A DNA stretch of 64,000 nucleotides from contig QPMI01000005.1 of the NCBI GenBank assembly GCA_004431415.1, positions 186,001 through 250,000 of the forward strand, in the 5' to 3' direction. The stretch is from Cyanophora paradoxa CCMP329 (Eukaryota; Plantae; Glaucophyta). The notes below the pieces were generated by a model. The model did no database searches. It was not told the DNA's origin and worked only from the letters and a program-made list of their open reading frames with translations. Both the position numbers and the translations under genes were made by a program. Shown here piece by piece: positions 1-9,744 of this stretch. Positions within the stretch are counted from its first letter, which is position 1, and the number at the start of each line of letters is the position of its first letter.

Positions 1-534
1 CACTACCAGCAGGAACTGCACTGCAGCTCACCTGCCTAGCATGCCAACCCAGCCTACCACACATGGCATGCTGTATACGTAATACTACTAGCCTATGCTA
101 TAGCTAGCCGCATTACGTCACACTGTGCGAGAGTCTATTTTCAAACAAAATTTGAAACCTTGCGGAAAAACTAGATTTAGATCTAGATGAGATGCCAAGC
201 AAACTGACTAAAGTGGCCGTAGTAAGCGAACTGTCAGCGATGTGCTCCATGTCATAAGTACGCGTACGATTGGTTTGATTCGTCGAGAAGTAGATATATA
301 ATCATTGATGTATTATGTATTTATACTTCTACGTATACTCGCTGAGTCATGATCAGATTCCTACTCAGACACGATGCAGATGACCTACAGAGATGACTAT
401 TCCAATTCCTGCGGTTTGCGATCGAGCTCGCACTGCGGCACGTCCAAGGCCTCCTAGTTGAAAGATACATACATATGCATACCGATCGGTCAAGTCGTCG
501 ATCTAAAATGTGCCTATCGAAGGCTGGCATTGGG

Positions 535-2483
535 TTAAAGGCTAACGGCTATCTGGACGTCGACTGAATTTGGTTTGCCACTACTAGGGCTATCTGGATG
601 ATCATGAAGAATCGAGCCGCTCTCCACGCCCGAGCCCTGCAGCTGCGGCTGTTGCCAGGGAGCAGCTGCTGCACCGGCGGCAGCGTCGACGTCTGCCAAT
701 GGATTGCGCTCGTGCGCCGGGGTCGGGTTCCCATGGCCATCGATGCTCACGAGACATTCGACGGGCGGGGAGCCAGTGCTCGCACGGCGACGGAGAAGGT
801 CCATTGCCAAGCTCGTTCCAAAAGTTCGGAAGATATTGTAACCTCGCCCTCGGAAAACGTTCGGGGGTGTGCTCGGAACAGCTGCAGGTATCGGTGACGT
901 CTGGGCTTGGTCCTGACTGGCCGAATCCTGGCCCCACAGCGGAGGGGCTCGTGCCTGGGGAGTGCTGCAGCGCCGAATAGGCTGCCAGAGAGCTTTAGCG
1001 GATCGGCCAAGGGCGCTGGCGCAAGCCCCATCCGAATGGCGAGAGCCGTCGGCTGCGATCTCGAGCTCTGTGTCTCTGTCGGGCTCTACGTGGATTGAGA
1101 TATCGTCAGGATCCAACAGCGCTTCTGACGCCGGCGTCAAGGAACAGGAGCGGCTGCGAGCTGCAGCTGGTGTGACAGGGCTCTCGATCTTCCAGAGCAG
1201 AGGCACGCTGCAAGGGCGCTCTGTTGCGCTAGCGCTGTGCGCAGGCGCGCTTTCGCCCCCCCACTCGATAGAGTGACGGCGGCCGGTAGCCGATGCCTGC
1301 GTATGCCACTCGGAGGATGCTGGCTCGAGAAACTCCGCAGTTTCCAACTCCTGCTTGGCATCGCTGGTCTCCTTTGCATCGCCTGGCTCCGAAGAAGCTT
1401 CGCCGGCACTGGCGTCCGCCGGCCGAGGTCGAGCAGCTTGGATCCACGGCATGATTATCTTTAGCTTGTCCAAGACCTTCAAAAATTCGAAAGAGAAAAC
1501 AGTTTGAGAAGACGCCCACTGAAGACAAGAGTTGATTTTCTGCGCACCCGTTCCTCGCCGAACAGGTACAGAAGGAGACATATGAGAACCACAGCGGCAT
1601 TAGAGACCAGACCGAGTGCGGCGATTGCATTCTTCTGGTTATCGGTAAGGCTCGCATCCGGGAATAGGAATATGCCCCTGAAAAATAACAAATTAAGCGA
1701 ACTAAAGCACAGGAAGCGCTAGCTCAATAAATTCTCGCACAGCCAAATGGTACTCAGAGCAGCGACTTGGCAAATAATGTCGATTGCGGAGATGCGCGGG
1801 TTGGAGCGCGGCTCCAGTCTCATGTGCAGAGCAACGCCTGCGTATACGTATGCGCGAACGATTCCACAGTCAAATGTAGAAGCACAGCTGGGGCCCACGG
1901 GACAAAACTCGGACCGAAGAACAATACAAAAGCTCCCATCAGAGCCTGCACCAACGGCCTGCGGCAGATGTTTAGGAACTCGGAACCAGAACGGCGGCGG
2001 CGAGCGATCGCGAGTGTCCAAGCCGCTGAGAGCGCACCGATAGCTGAATACAGCCATGCACACGGCGAGCGCCGTCTTCTGGACCATGGAAATAAAGGCA
2101 AAGTAGAAGCGCTTCCGTTTATATCCCTGCATTATGTAAGCTTCGCGTCACGCATGCAACCCATTGGGAACACAGACTCGGTAAAGGAATCCGAAATAGA
2201 GCCTGAAGTCTCGGTCGCTGTCATTTCGAATGCGATCCTTGTACGCGTACAGGAACAAAGCCATTCCCGCTGGAATGCCCAGCCCGTAGAAGCTGCGCGC
2301 GATTATAATTAGTGACTCCGACAAAATTTCAGACTGCGCATTCGATCGCGATTGAAATTCTCATCGCGCACATGAGGAACGGAACGTTTACGCCGTAGAT
2401 CCATCGCTTGTACTCGTCGGAAGAGCAGTCGACGCTCGGGTCGCGAGCCAGCACCGAGACTCCGCCGCCAACATCAACGCAAT
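535..2483 (-). CDS. 3' exons of a large host multi-pass membrane protein gene (TM helices plus a low-complexity cytoplasmic tail); continues from 24771 across the element-1 insertion
   Basis: Spliced reading (GT-AG introns, e.g. 2371-2293) gives ...NCVDVGGGVSVLARDPSVDC...FYGLGIPAG...FGFLYRGYKRKRFYFAFISMVQK..., then hydrophobic helices and a Ser/Pro/Ala-rich tail ending at the stop at 535. Confidence 0.75.
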
Positions 2484-2499
2484 CTACGGAAAGCAGCGT

Positions 2500-2505
2500 A
2501 TTATA
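2500..2505. repeat. Left target-site duplication ATTATA of element 1
   Basis: Identical hexamer directly outside the right TIR at 24719-24724. Confidence 0.92.
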
Positions 2506-2889
2506 TGTTGTATACGCATGGACCTCACACCCGGGCAATTCCGCTTCGCTCCATTGCCCCCGATTCCATGCGTTTCCAGTGTATACCTCCAGCCCCTCTT
2601 CAGTTAATTCACCTTGTACGTCTACGAGACCCTAATTCCCAGGTCTACCAGACTCGGGTCGGAGTCTTAACAAAGAAATATCTAACGACTATTCAGGGCA
2701 GAGCTGACAACTAGAATAGACGAAGAGGAGCGCTGCCCCCTTGAGCGCGGTCTGTAGAACAACGTGGCAGAATAGGCTAGGCGATATTAATGTGTACAGA
2801 GAAGCTAAACGAGGAAACGTGTTAAGCTCTAGCTAGATGTAATTGATGTGTATAGAGGAGCTAAACGAGGAAAAGCGTTAAGGTATAGC
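2506..2889 (+). repeat. Left terminal inverted repeat (~384 bp)
   Basis: 2506-2792 reads as the exact reverse complement of 24432-24718; about 5 differences in the inner ~100 bp; begins TGTTGT. Confidence 0.95.
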
Positions 2890-2946
2890 TAGACGAAATA
2901 AATGTGTGCATCGAGCTAACTGAGGAAACGCGTTCAGCAATATCTA
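2776..2946 (+). repeat. Three degenerate ~56-bp tandem units in the inner TIR (two copies in the right TIR)
   Basis: Recurring GCTAG...ATGTGT...AGCTAA.cGAGGAAA..CGTT.AG unit. Confidence 0.8.
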
Positions 2947-3221
2947 TAGGCGTGACTTTAGTAAGAAACGCGAGGCGCAGCGCGAGGACTATCAAGGCGT
3001 TAACTGGGTCGCAGACAAGCCGAAGGCAAGGAATTAGGGCCCCTTTTAGCGGTCTGGTGCGGCCTCTGGAGATGTGTCGATGACTTTACCTTTCTTTTGT
3101 TTTAATTGTTTTAATTGTTTTAATTCGGAGGGTCAAGTTCCTAAGAAAACTTTGCGGACGCCGTGACGTGACGCTGTGACGTGGCGAGAAAACGGCGAGA
3201 TACGTGACACACAAAAGATTG

Positions 3222-3265
3222 GCGCTGATAGTGCGCTGATAGTGCGCTGATAGTACGCTGATAGT
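3222..3265 (+). repeat. 11-bp tandem repeat (GCGCTGATAGT) x4 upstream of pPolB
   Basis: Units at 3222, 3233, 3244 and 3255 (last is ACGCTGATAGT). Confidence 0.9.
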
Positions 3266-3467
3266 GTGCGGATTGCTAGCCCGAGAACGAGCGGCTGCCA
3301 AGCTCAAGCCGGATCCAAGCCGGATCCCGGAGACCGAGCCGGAGACAAGTCTTGCAGTTAGTTGCATGGCTTAAAGGTTTCTCGCACTCATACTAGCAAT
3401 CAGAGATTGTGCGCGATTAAATCGCAAAAAGTTTTCGGCCAGCCAATATTGTAGAGACCTATTCATA

Positions 3468-6400
3468 ATGGACAGGAACAATCTGAGAGCGGAAATTCGG
3501 AGCCTTGCGCAGGAGCTACACACTCTTAGGTACATTAACGGAACATATTTGAACACACTGTTGCGGCTAGCTGACCCACAGAGGGGAACCCACACACAAA
3601 ATCTTCGAGCAAATCTAGCGACATTGCTCAGACTTAGGCAGACGAACCGGCCGCAGCGCCCTTTGTACGAGGCATGGATAACAAGACATTTTGATAGCGA
3701 ACGCAATGCTCGAATTGCAACCACGCGAGAGTTTGATGATATTGTTGAGTATGGGATCTCGAATTTGTTTCGCGAGAGTGGTCGAGGCGATACCGTGTTA
3801 AATTACGCCCACTATGCATATCCGGGGTTGCTATTTACCAAGGACGTTTTGGATATTGAACCGACTCCAATGCCTGAACGGGTGAAAGAGATCACGATCG
3901 TGTTTCTGATAGAGCTGCGAGTGCCAGAGAGAATTGGATCAAGCGTCCTAATTCGCTTTCATTTCGATAACTTTCGCATGTATCGCACTCAACTTGCAAC
4001 AATCGAAGAGGGCACAATGCACTCGCTGTTGTCAAACTTGGCTGAAAAGATGGAACAATGGATGCTAGCGCAACAGCCATACGAAGACAATGACCTCTGG
4101 CCAGTAGTGAAAATAGAGGTGCTAATTGCAGAGAACGCTGCAGGTGCACTGGGAAACGTTCCAAAGCTCCCATTCAACGGCAAAGCCCTGACCATGAATA
4201 AGATCTACTGTCCGATTTCACCAGAGGACAATTGCGTGTTAGAGTGCTTTGAATATGTAAAGCTGAATCCTGGAAGAATAAGCCTAGATCGAATTTACAA
4301 GCAGCTTCAGAGATTGGACTATGGAGGGATTAGAACACAGCTAGGACTACGGCGAGGATTGATATCAGTTGATGTGCCGACAATTAATACGCTGAGCGCT
4401 TTTTACAGGATAGACACCAGCGTTTTTGAGTTTTCGCAAGGAAAGTTCAAGCCGCTTTTTGCAACCGATCTAGGATTTGAAAAACGTGCTCACCTTTGCA
4501 TTGTCGATGCGCACTGCTACCTGATTAAGGATAAAAGAACGACTGAAATGGAGAAGTGCAACGCCTGCGGGAAAATGCAGTTGGAACTGGAAAGGCACAA
4601 GGTAACCTGTCAGTTTTGTACTAGGTGTCGCTGCGCCTACAATCCAGTTGAAGATCACACAAACAAATGCGTTGCGGCCATCAGAAACAAAGGTGTCATT
4701 GGAAGAAAGATCACCCCTTGCGAGAAGGAGAGTGAATTTACGGCGATGGAGAGCGTGATAGGGGCGGACTTTGAAACATTTCCTTGCGATGGCAAAACCC
4801 ACGTTCCTTATGCTGTTGACACAGACATAATTTGCAAGGGCGAAATTGTAGGAACCAAGATGTTCTACGGTCCTGAAACATTAAATCAATTTATGCAATG
4901 GCTGGATGATTGGGCAGAGAAGACCACAGTAGTATTTTACAACGGTGCGGGTTTTGATCTGATATTCATATACCGATGGCTGATAGAGAATCGGCCAGAC
5001 AGCCAGGTGAACGTCATGCGCTCCTCGGGCAAGATTAAGAGTATGAAGTGGAAGACCTCAGCTGGAGGAGAGTTGACAAGTTTTGACCCATGCCTACACA
5101 TTCAAGGCTCACTAAAGCAAGCCGGAAAGGACTACGGCTGCACGACAATCAAAGGAGACTTCGACCATCGCAAGATCAAGACGTGGGCAGATGTTGAGAC
5201 ACACAAGGAGGAATGGGGTGAATATCTTAGAGCCGACGTGCGATCAATGACGGAGCTATACATGAAATATTCGAGAACGTGTTTTGAGCTATTCGGAATT
5301 AATGTGAATTCTAAGCAGACACTTACAGCTTCATCAATGGCATTTCAGATTTACCGGCAGCTAATGAAGACAGAGCTGCACCTTCCGAAGTACAGCGAAG
5401 ATCAGGTTTTTCGCAGGGCTATTTACGGAGGTCGCTGTTTGCCATTCAAACGCAAGTTTGTCTCGAAGGGTCCAGATGATTTCTTGGTAGATCTGGATGT
5501 GGTCTCTCTTTATCCGACCGCAATGTACTTTAACCAGTTTCCGACAGGTAAATTTAAGGTGATCAATGAACCGGAGGCTTTGGAGCGTTTTCGAAAGTTC
5601 ATGCTAAGTCGAAAAATGGAGCAACTGTTCATTGCGAGCATAAGTGCGAAAATTCCTCAGGACCTTGTGCTTTCTCCGCTTCCACGCCACGAGTCGAATT
5701 TAGGCTGGTCGAACCTGAAACCGATCGAGCGAGAGATGTATACATCGGTTGATATCTACAGGGCAATAGCACTTGGGGTTGAAATAACAGAGGTGCACGA
5801 GGTGTATTTATTTGAAGGCAAGGAGCGAATGTTTAAAGATTACATCGAGAAGTTGTATTGTATGAAGGCACGTTCAAGGAAGGGCACAGCTCAGTACGCA
5901 ACAGCAAAGATTCAACTAAATGGTCTCTACGGCAAATTTGCCCAGCGGGCAGTGATCGAAACCACGGAGCTAGTTTCTAATTACCGCCGATTTAAAGAGC
6001 TCCAGCGGACGTCTACGATTACAGACATCGAAATTGAGAGTGAAACACGGATGTATGTGACATACGAAGTACCAGAGATCAAACGTGATGCTTGTGTGTC
6101 GAAGCCCTGCTTCATTGGAGCATTTATTCTCTCCTACAGTCGCGAGATCATGGACAGGTTCCTAGTAAAGATGAACTCTTACAAAGACATCGAAGCCATG
6201 CCGTTTTACACGGACACCGACTCTCTTGTTGTGCACAGGAAATTTGCAGAGCTGGTGACTGATTGCATGAAACGACCATACTCTTTGGAGGGTATGAGCG
6301 AAGAAGAGGCAAACAGGGCGATATGCGAGAACGAGCTGGGAAAACTAGATTACGACATCCAAGGGCAAATTGTGGAGGCATACTTTGTTGGCCCAAAGGT

Positions 6401-6794
6401 TTACTGCTGTCGTTTTGTGAAGGCGAATGGGGAGTCTGATGTGCATGTGCGTGCGAAAGGAATTCCGAAGAGCTGGATAGAAGAGAACTGGCTTTCGAGT
6501 GATCCGGAGATGAGGAAGGGGCACCTCGAGTCACGGGTCGCTTTGGAAGCGTTCAAGCAGATGCTTGAGAGCCGGTATCAGCCGGAGTGCAAAATAGAGT
6601 CTAAACTATCTCGTGTCTTCAAACCGAATGGAAAGCAACGCGAGGAGGGGATAGGTTTTAGTTCAATCATTCAGATTCCATTCAGCAGAGTATTAAATAA
6701 GACGGAATACACAAAGCGAAAGATAATTTCGGATGACTATTACAGCACAGTTCCTCATGAGTACATCAGCCAAAATTCAGGAGGCATACTATGA
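3468..6794 (+). CDS. polB: Protein-primed family B DNA polymerase with an N-terminal extension (putative terminal protein / OTU-like region and Zn finger)
   Basis: ExoI ADFET, ExoII FYNGAGFD, motif A DLDVVSLYP, motif B KIQLNGLYGKF, motif C YTDTDS, PKVY. Confidence 0.95.
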   Translation: MDRNNLRAEIRSLAQELHTLRYINGTYLNTLLRLADPQRGTHTQNLRANLATLLRLRQTNRPQRPLYEAWITRHFDSERNARIATTREFDDIVEYGISNLFRESGRGDTVLNYAHYAYPGLLFTKDVLDIEPTPMPERVKEITIVFLIELRVPERIGSSVLIRFHFDNFRMYRTQLATIEEGTMHSLLSNLAEKMEQWMLAQQPYEDNDLWPVVKIEVLIAENAAGALGNVPKLPFNGKALTMNKIYCPISPEDNCVLECFEYVKLNPGRISLDRIYKQLQRLDYGGIRTQLGLRRGLISVDVPTINTLSAFYRIDTSVFEFSQGKFKPLFATDLGFEKRAHLCIVDAHCYLIKDKRTTEMEKCNACGKMQLELERHKVTCQFCTRCRCAYNPVEDHTNKCVAAIRNKGVIGRKITPCEKESEFTAMESVIGADFETFPCDGKTHVPYAVDTDIICKGEIVGTKMFYGPETLNQFMQWLDDWAEKTTVVFYNGAGFDLIFIYRWLIENRPDSQVNVMRSSGKIKSMKWKTSAGGELTSFDPCLHIQGSLKQAGKDYGCTTIKGDFDHRKIKTWADVETHKEEWGEYLRADVRSMTELYMKYSRTCFELFGINVNSKQTLTASSMAFQIYRQLMKTELHLPKYSEDQVFRRAIYGGRCLPFKRKFVSKGPDDFLVDLDVVSLYPTAMYFNQFPTGKFKVINEPEALERFRKFMLSRKMEQLFIASISAKIPQDLVLSPLPRHESNLGWSNLKPIEREMYTSVDIYRAIALGVEITEVHEVYLFEGKERMFKDYIEKLYCMKARSRKGTAQYATAKIQLNGLYGKFAQRAVIETTELVSNYRRFKELQRTSTITDIEIESETRMYVTYEVPEIKRDACVSKPCFIGAFILSYSREIMDRFLVKMNSYKDIEAMPFYTDTDSLVVHRKFAELVTDCMKRPYSLEGMSEEEANRAICENELGKLDYDIQGQIVEAYFVGPKVYCCRFVKANGESDVHVRAKGIPKSWIEENWLSSDPEMRKGHLESRVALEAFKQMLESRYQPECKIESKLSRVFKPNGKQREEGIGFSSIIQIPFSRVLNKTEYTKRKIISDDYYSTVPHEYISQNSGGIL

Positions 6795-7893
6795 TCCAGA
6801 AATAGGGCTTCAGTCTGCCACACGTATTGCAAAGAAGTTGAAAATACCAATTGCCAGGGTTAGAGCAGTGCTGGAGAAATTATCGACAGCGCAAAGATTT
6901 GCGAGACCGCAAAAAGAGAAACCATTCACAAGTATAACATTCGACAAAGCAGAGAAATACTACGAGGTGGACCTTATCGACGTGACTCCGTACGCCAGAA
7001 CAAACCGCGGCATTCACTTTATAATGAACGCAGTGGACGTAGTGACTCGGAAAGCCTACAGCATTCCAATGAAGAACAAGAGCGAAGGTACACTCCTTTC
7101 AACACTACGGAAACTCATAGATAGTTTTCCAGCCAAGCCGGATATTATTCAGACCGATCAGGAGTTTAAAGCTTCAGCTGCTAGTCTATTAGAAGCTGAG
7201 GGAATTAAGCACAATGCAGTGGAAGCGCATCGACCCCAAGCAAATGGAAAAGTAGAGCGATTCAATGGAACTTTGAAGCGAATTATTGCACGGTATATGG
7301 AGGCATATGACACGGATAGATACATCGACAAGCTGCCCGCATTTGTGCGCAATTATAATTCGTCAGAGCATAGGTCGATTGGTACATCGCCAAACGCTGC
7401 AGCAGAGAATCCGAAGGAGACAATTGCACGCAACGATTATCAGCGAGAGATCTACGAGCAGCAACACTACCTGAAGGAGGTCGAATTTAAAGTAGGAGAC
7501 CTAGTTCGAGTTAAGCTAACCAGGAGAACCTTCGATAAATCGACAAAGCCAACCTTCTCGAAAGAAGTATTTCGAATTGAGTCGATTGGGGGTTTTGGAC
7601 CCCTTCTTAGATTTAAACTCGCTGGATTGGATACACCAGTGACCTACCAGCAAATGTTGAAGGTCCCATTAGATTCAGAGGAGCGGCGTGCTGGAGGAGC
7701 AGCACAGAGAGCAATGCAACGACGAAAGAAGGAGCTAAATCTGATGCGAGAGAAGTTAGATCGAGCGGACATAGAAAAAAATAAGAAGCTCCTTCGCCTT
7801 CAAAAGCAACTTGCGACAGCTGGAACTGTCAAGTTCAATCCTGGTGGAATATTAGAGAGAACAAAGACCAGAAGGGCAGTCAAAGAGCTATAA
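6733..7893 (+). CDS. Retroviral-like (rve) DDE integrase; the true start may be the ATG at 6757
   Basis: EVDLID, DVVTRKAY, IQTDQEF, NGKVERFNGTLK, YNSSEHRSIG, FKVGDLVRV. Confidence 0.93.
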   Translation: MTITAQFLMSTSAKIQEAYYDPEIGLQSATRIAKKLKIPIARVRAVLEKLSTAQRFARPQKEKPFTSITFDKAEKYYEVDLIDVTPYARTNRGIHFIMNAVDVVTRKAYSIPMKNKSEGTLLSTLRKLIDSFPAKPDIIQTDQEFKASAASLLEAEGIKHNAVEAHRPQANGKVERFNGTLKRIIARYMEAYDTDRYIDKLPAFVRNYNSSEHRSIGTSPNAAAENPKETIARNDYQREIYEQQHYLKEVEFKVGDLVRVKLTRRTFDKSTKPTFSKEVFRIESIGGFGPLLRFKLAGLDTPVTYQQMLKVPLDSEERRAGGAAQRAMQRRKKELNLMREKLDRADIEKNKKLLRLQKQLATAGTVKFNPGGILERTKTRRAVKEL

Positions 7894-8155
7894 CAACACA
7901 TTGTTGGAGAGACTCTAGCAGCGCTAACTTTTCGTAAATTCGATTGCGATAGCGGCGATTTGCCTCTAAGTGATTCTCACTGTTATTGCGTTGATATTTC
8001 AAACTGGCTTCGATGTGACGTCGCCGGTAATCAGGATCTTCATTGTACCTACGCCGATGGTTCTCTGCACGCTTTGCTTTTCGTGCCGCAGCAATTTCAG
8101 GGGTGACAACAATTGGCTTACGCCCAGAACGCTTTGGCGATGATTCAGCATCCAT
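7880..8155 (-). CDS. Small basic helical protein, putative DNA-binding; homologue of 58995-59321 and 59474-59719
   Basis: ATG at 8155; RRRYNEDPDYRRRHIEASLKY resembles QKRYREDPAYREYKKQQALASY in element 2. Confidence 0.6.
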   Translation of the reverse strand: MDAESSPKRSGRKPIVVTPEIAAARKAKRAENHRRRYNEDPDYRRRHIEASLKYQRNNSENHLEANRRYRNRIYEKLALLESLQQCVVIAL

Positions 8156-8265
8156 TTCTTTGGTTTTTTTCGTCACAAACAAGGTGCGAAATCTTTTTAT
8201 GGCATAAATCGCAGGTTTGTGTTGCGCTAAATTGCGAACATAAAATCCGAGATATAATTCAAATA

Positions 8266-8550
8266 ATGGACGCAGACAAGCAGCGTCGCTGCGCCGCAGG
8301 AACAATTCGATTTGGGAAGTACCGCGGTGAAACTCATCTTAAAGTAGTTTTTAGCGACCCAAAATATGCTGAATGGTTATTGTCTTTGCCGCATCTCCGT
8401 GAATACGATAAAAGACAATTGCAGCGTGCTTTTGAAATTTGTCAATCGAAAGATCTGGCAACAGTAAACGGGATGCTTGAGTATGTAGAGCGAGAGAGGA
8501 AACCTACTGTGGAGGATCTTCCGGATTTGCCAGATTTTGACTTGTCTTAA
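8266..8550 (+). CDS. Small FGKY-motif protein (DUF3820 / ExoX C-terminal-like)
   Basis: IRFGKYRGE...DPKYAEWL pattern; ATG at 8266 after an AT-rich leader. Confidence 0.6.
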   Translation: MDADKQRRCAAGTIRFGKYRGETHLKVVFSDPKYAEWLLSLPHLREYDKRQLQRAFEICQSKDLATVNGMLEYVERERKPTVEDLPDLPDFDLS

Positions 8551-8579
8551 AGAGATCTCAATCTCAGATTGTAAAGAAG

Positions 8580-9107
8580 ATGGAGACAATTCCAGATGTT
8601 CCTGAAGGTGTTGCTTTGATCCCGTTAATAGGCATTCGCAATCGACGCAAAGTCATTGTCGCCTACGCTCTTGTGTCGCAAGATGATGCTCAACGTGTTC
8701 TTGGATTTCGCTGGTGGTTAAATAAATATGGATATGTCCAAACCAAAATCAATAGAAAGAATATGTTTTTGCATAATTTCATCAGCGGCGATTTGGAGAA
8801 CGGTTTAACTGTCGATCATATAAATCTGAACAAGCTTGATAACCGCCGCGAGAATCTGCGGCTTGCGACAAAGCGGCAGCAGATGTTGAACCAAAACCGA
8901 CGGGTCACAAACACATCAGGATTTATTGGAGTTAGCTTACATCAGCAGATTGGTAAATGGGAGGCGCGATATCGGATAAATGGGCGTCAAAAGCACATTG
9001 GTTACTTTGCAACCGCAGAAGAAGCTGCTAAAGCCAGAGACACCTATGCCCTTGATCACACTTCCGAATCTGATCGTCCATTCCTGCGTCTGAATTTCAC
9101 AGCCTAA
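8580..9107 (+). CDS. HNH endonuclease fused to an AP2 DNA-binding domain (phage-type homing endonuclease)
   Basis: VDHINLNKLDNRRENLR (HNH_3); NTSGFIGV...KWEARYRINGRQKHIGYFATAEEAAKARD (AP2). Confidence 0.9.
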   Translation: METIPDVPEGVALIPLIGIRNRRKVIVAYALVSQDDAQRVLGFRWWLNKYGYVQTKINRKNMFLHNFISGDLENGLTVDHINLNKLDNRRENLRLATKRQQMLNQNRRVTNTSGFIGVSLHQQIGKWEARYRINGRQKHIGYFATAEEAAKARDTYALDHTSESDRPFLRLNFTA

Positions 9108-9735
9108 TCCGTCTCCCTCCCATTGCTCCCTTCAGTAGCGACCCAGTAAAATTGGCTTCAGACACATAGGGCGTTGCAGGTTTTACAGATGCATCATTGA
9201 GCGATTGCGAAGCCTTCTCTTTTTCGTTTTTCAGAAAGCGTAAATCTGGCATGTCAACAGGTCTATGTTTAAACATCTCGCTTCGCAACATCTCGCGGAT
9301 CTTAGCTCTTTCTTGCTTGTCTTTTACATATGATTCGATATTTGACGATCTAGCCTCAAGATCTCGCAATTTGGCAGCTAACTCGTCAAATTGTGATTTT
9401 GATACTGATGCTGTCTTGATTTTCGGCCCTGAATAACGTGGTTCAGACGCCATTGCTTGTATAATTCTAGCAGCATCATCATCAATATCAGACTGCATTT
9501 CGTTTACAATTTTGACCTGGCTCTGTCGGTCGTCAACCGCACTGGCATTAGCTGCTGCCGAGGCGATCGTTTTAGCAACGGGTGCGTTTAGTTTGGGGTC
9601 ACTAGCTAACTCACCACTAGGATTAGCAACAGCTGCACCCTCAGTTGAGCCGCTTTCAATCAGTGGAGCGTTCGGCTCAGATATATTAACCTTGCGTCTT
9701 TCACGATATCCCTTTTTAGGAATGCCGCGACTCAT
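9097..9735 (-). CDS. Conserved hypothetical coiled-coil protein; orthologue of 59998-60732
   Basis: QFDELAAKLRDLEARSSNIESYVKDKQERAKIREMLRSE vs QWDEMTAKLKDLEAKSSALEQYVTEKKERAKLKEMLRKE; same position next to the ATPase. Confidence 0.8.
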   Translation of the reverse strand: MSRGIPKKGYRERRKVNISEPNAPLIESGSTEGAAVANPSGELASDPKLNAPVAKTIASAAANASAVDDRQSQVKIVNEMQSDIDDDAARIIQAMASEPRYSGPKIKTASVSKSQFDELAAKLRDLEARSSNIESYVKDKQERAKIREMLRSEMFKHRPVDMPDLRFLKNEKEKASQSLNDASVKPATPYVSEANFTGSLLKGAMGGRRIRL

Positions 9736-9744
9736 CTTATTTTC

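Noticed and set aside
1-534. Non-coding stretch with several CTAG-containing motifs and a 69-aa ORF
   Set aside because: No clear repeat structure or coding signal; treated as 3' UTR or intergenic DNA
2505-2714. Identical 69-aa ORFs at 2505-2714 (+) and 24510-24719 (-)
   Set aside because: They are by-products of the TIR; the start codon overlaps the TSD junction and there are no protein motifs
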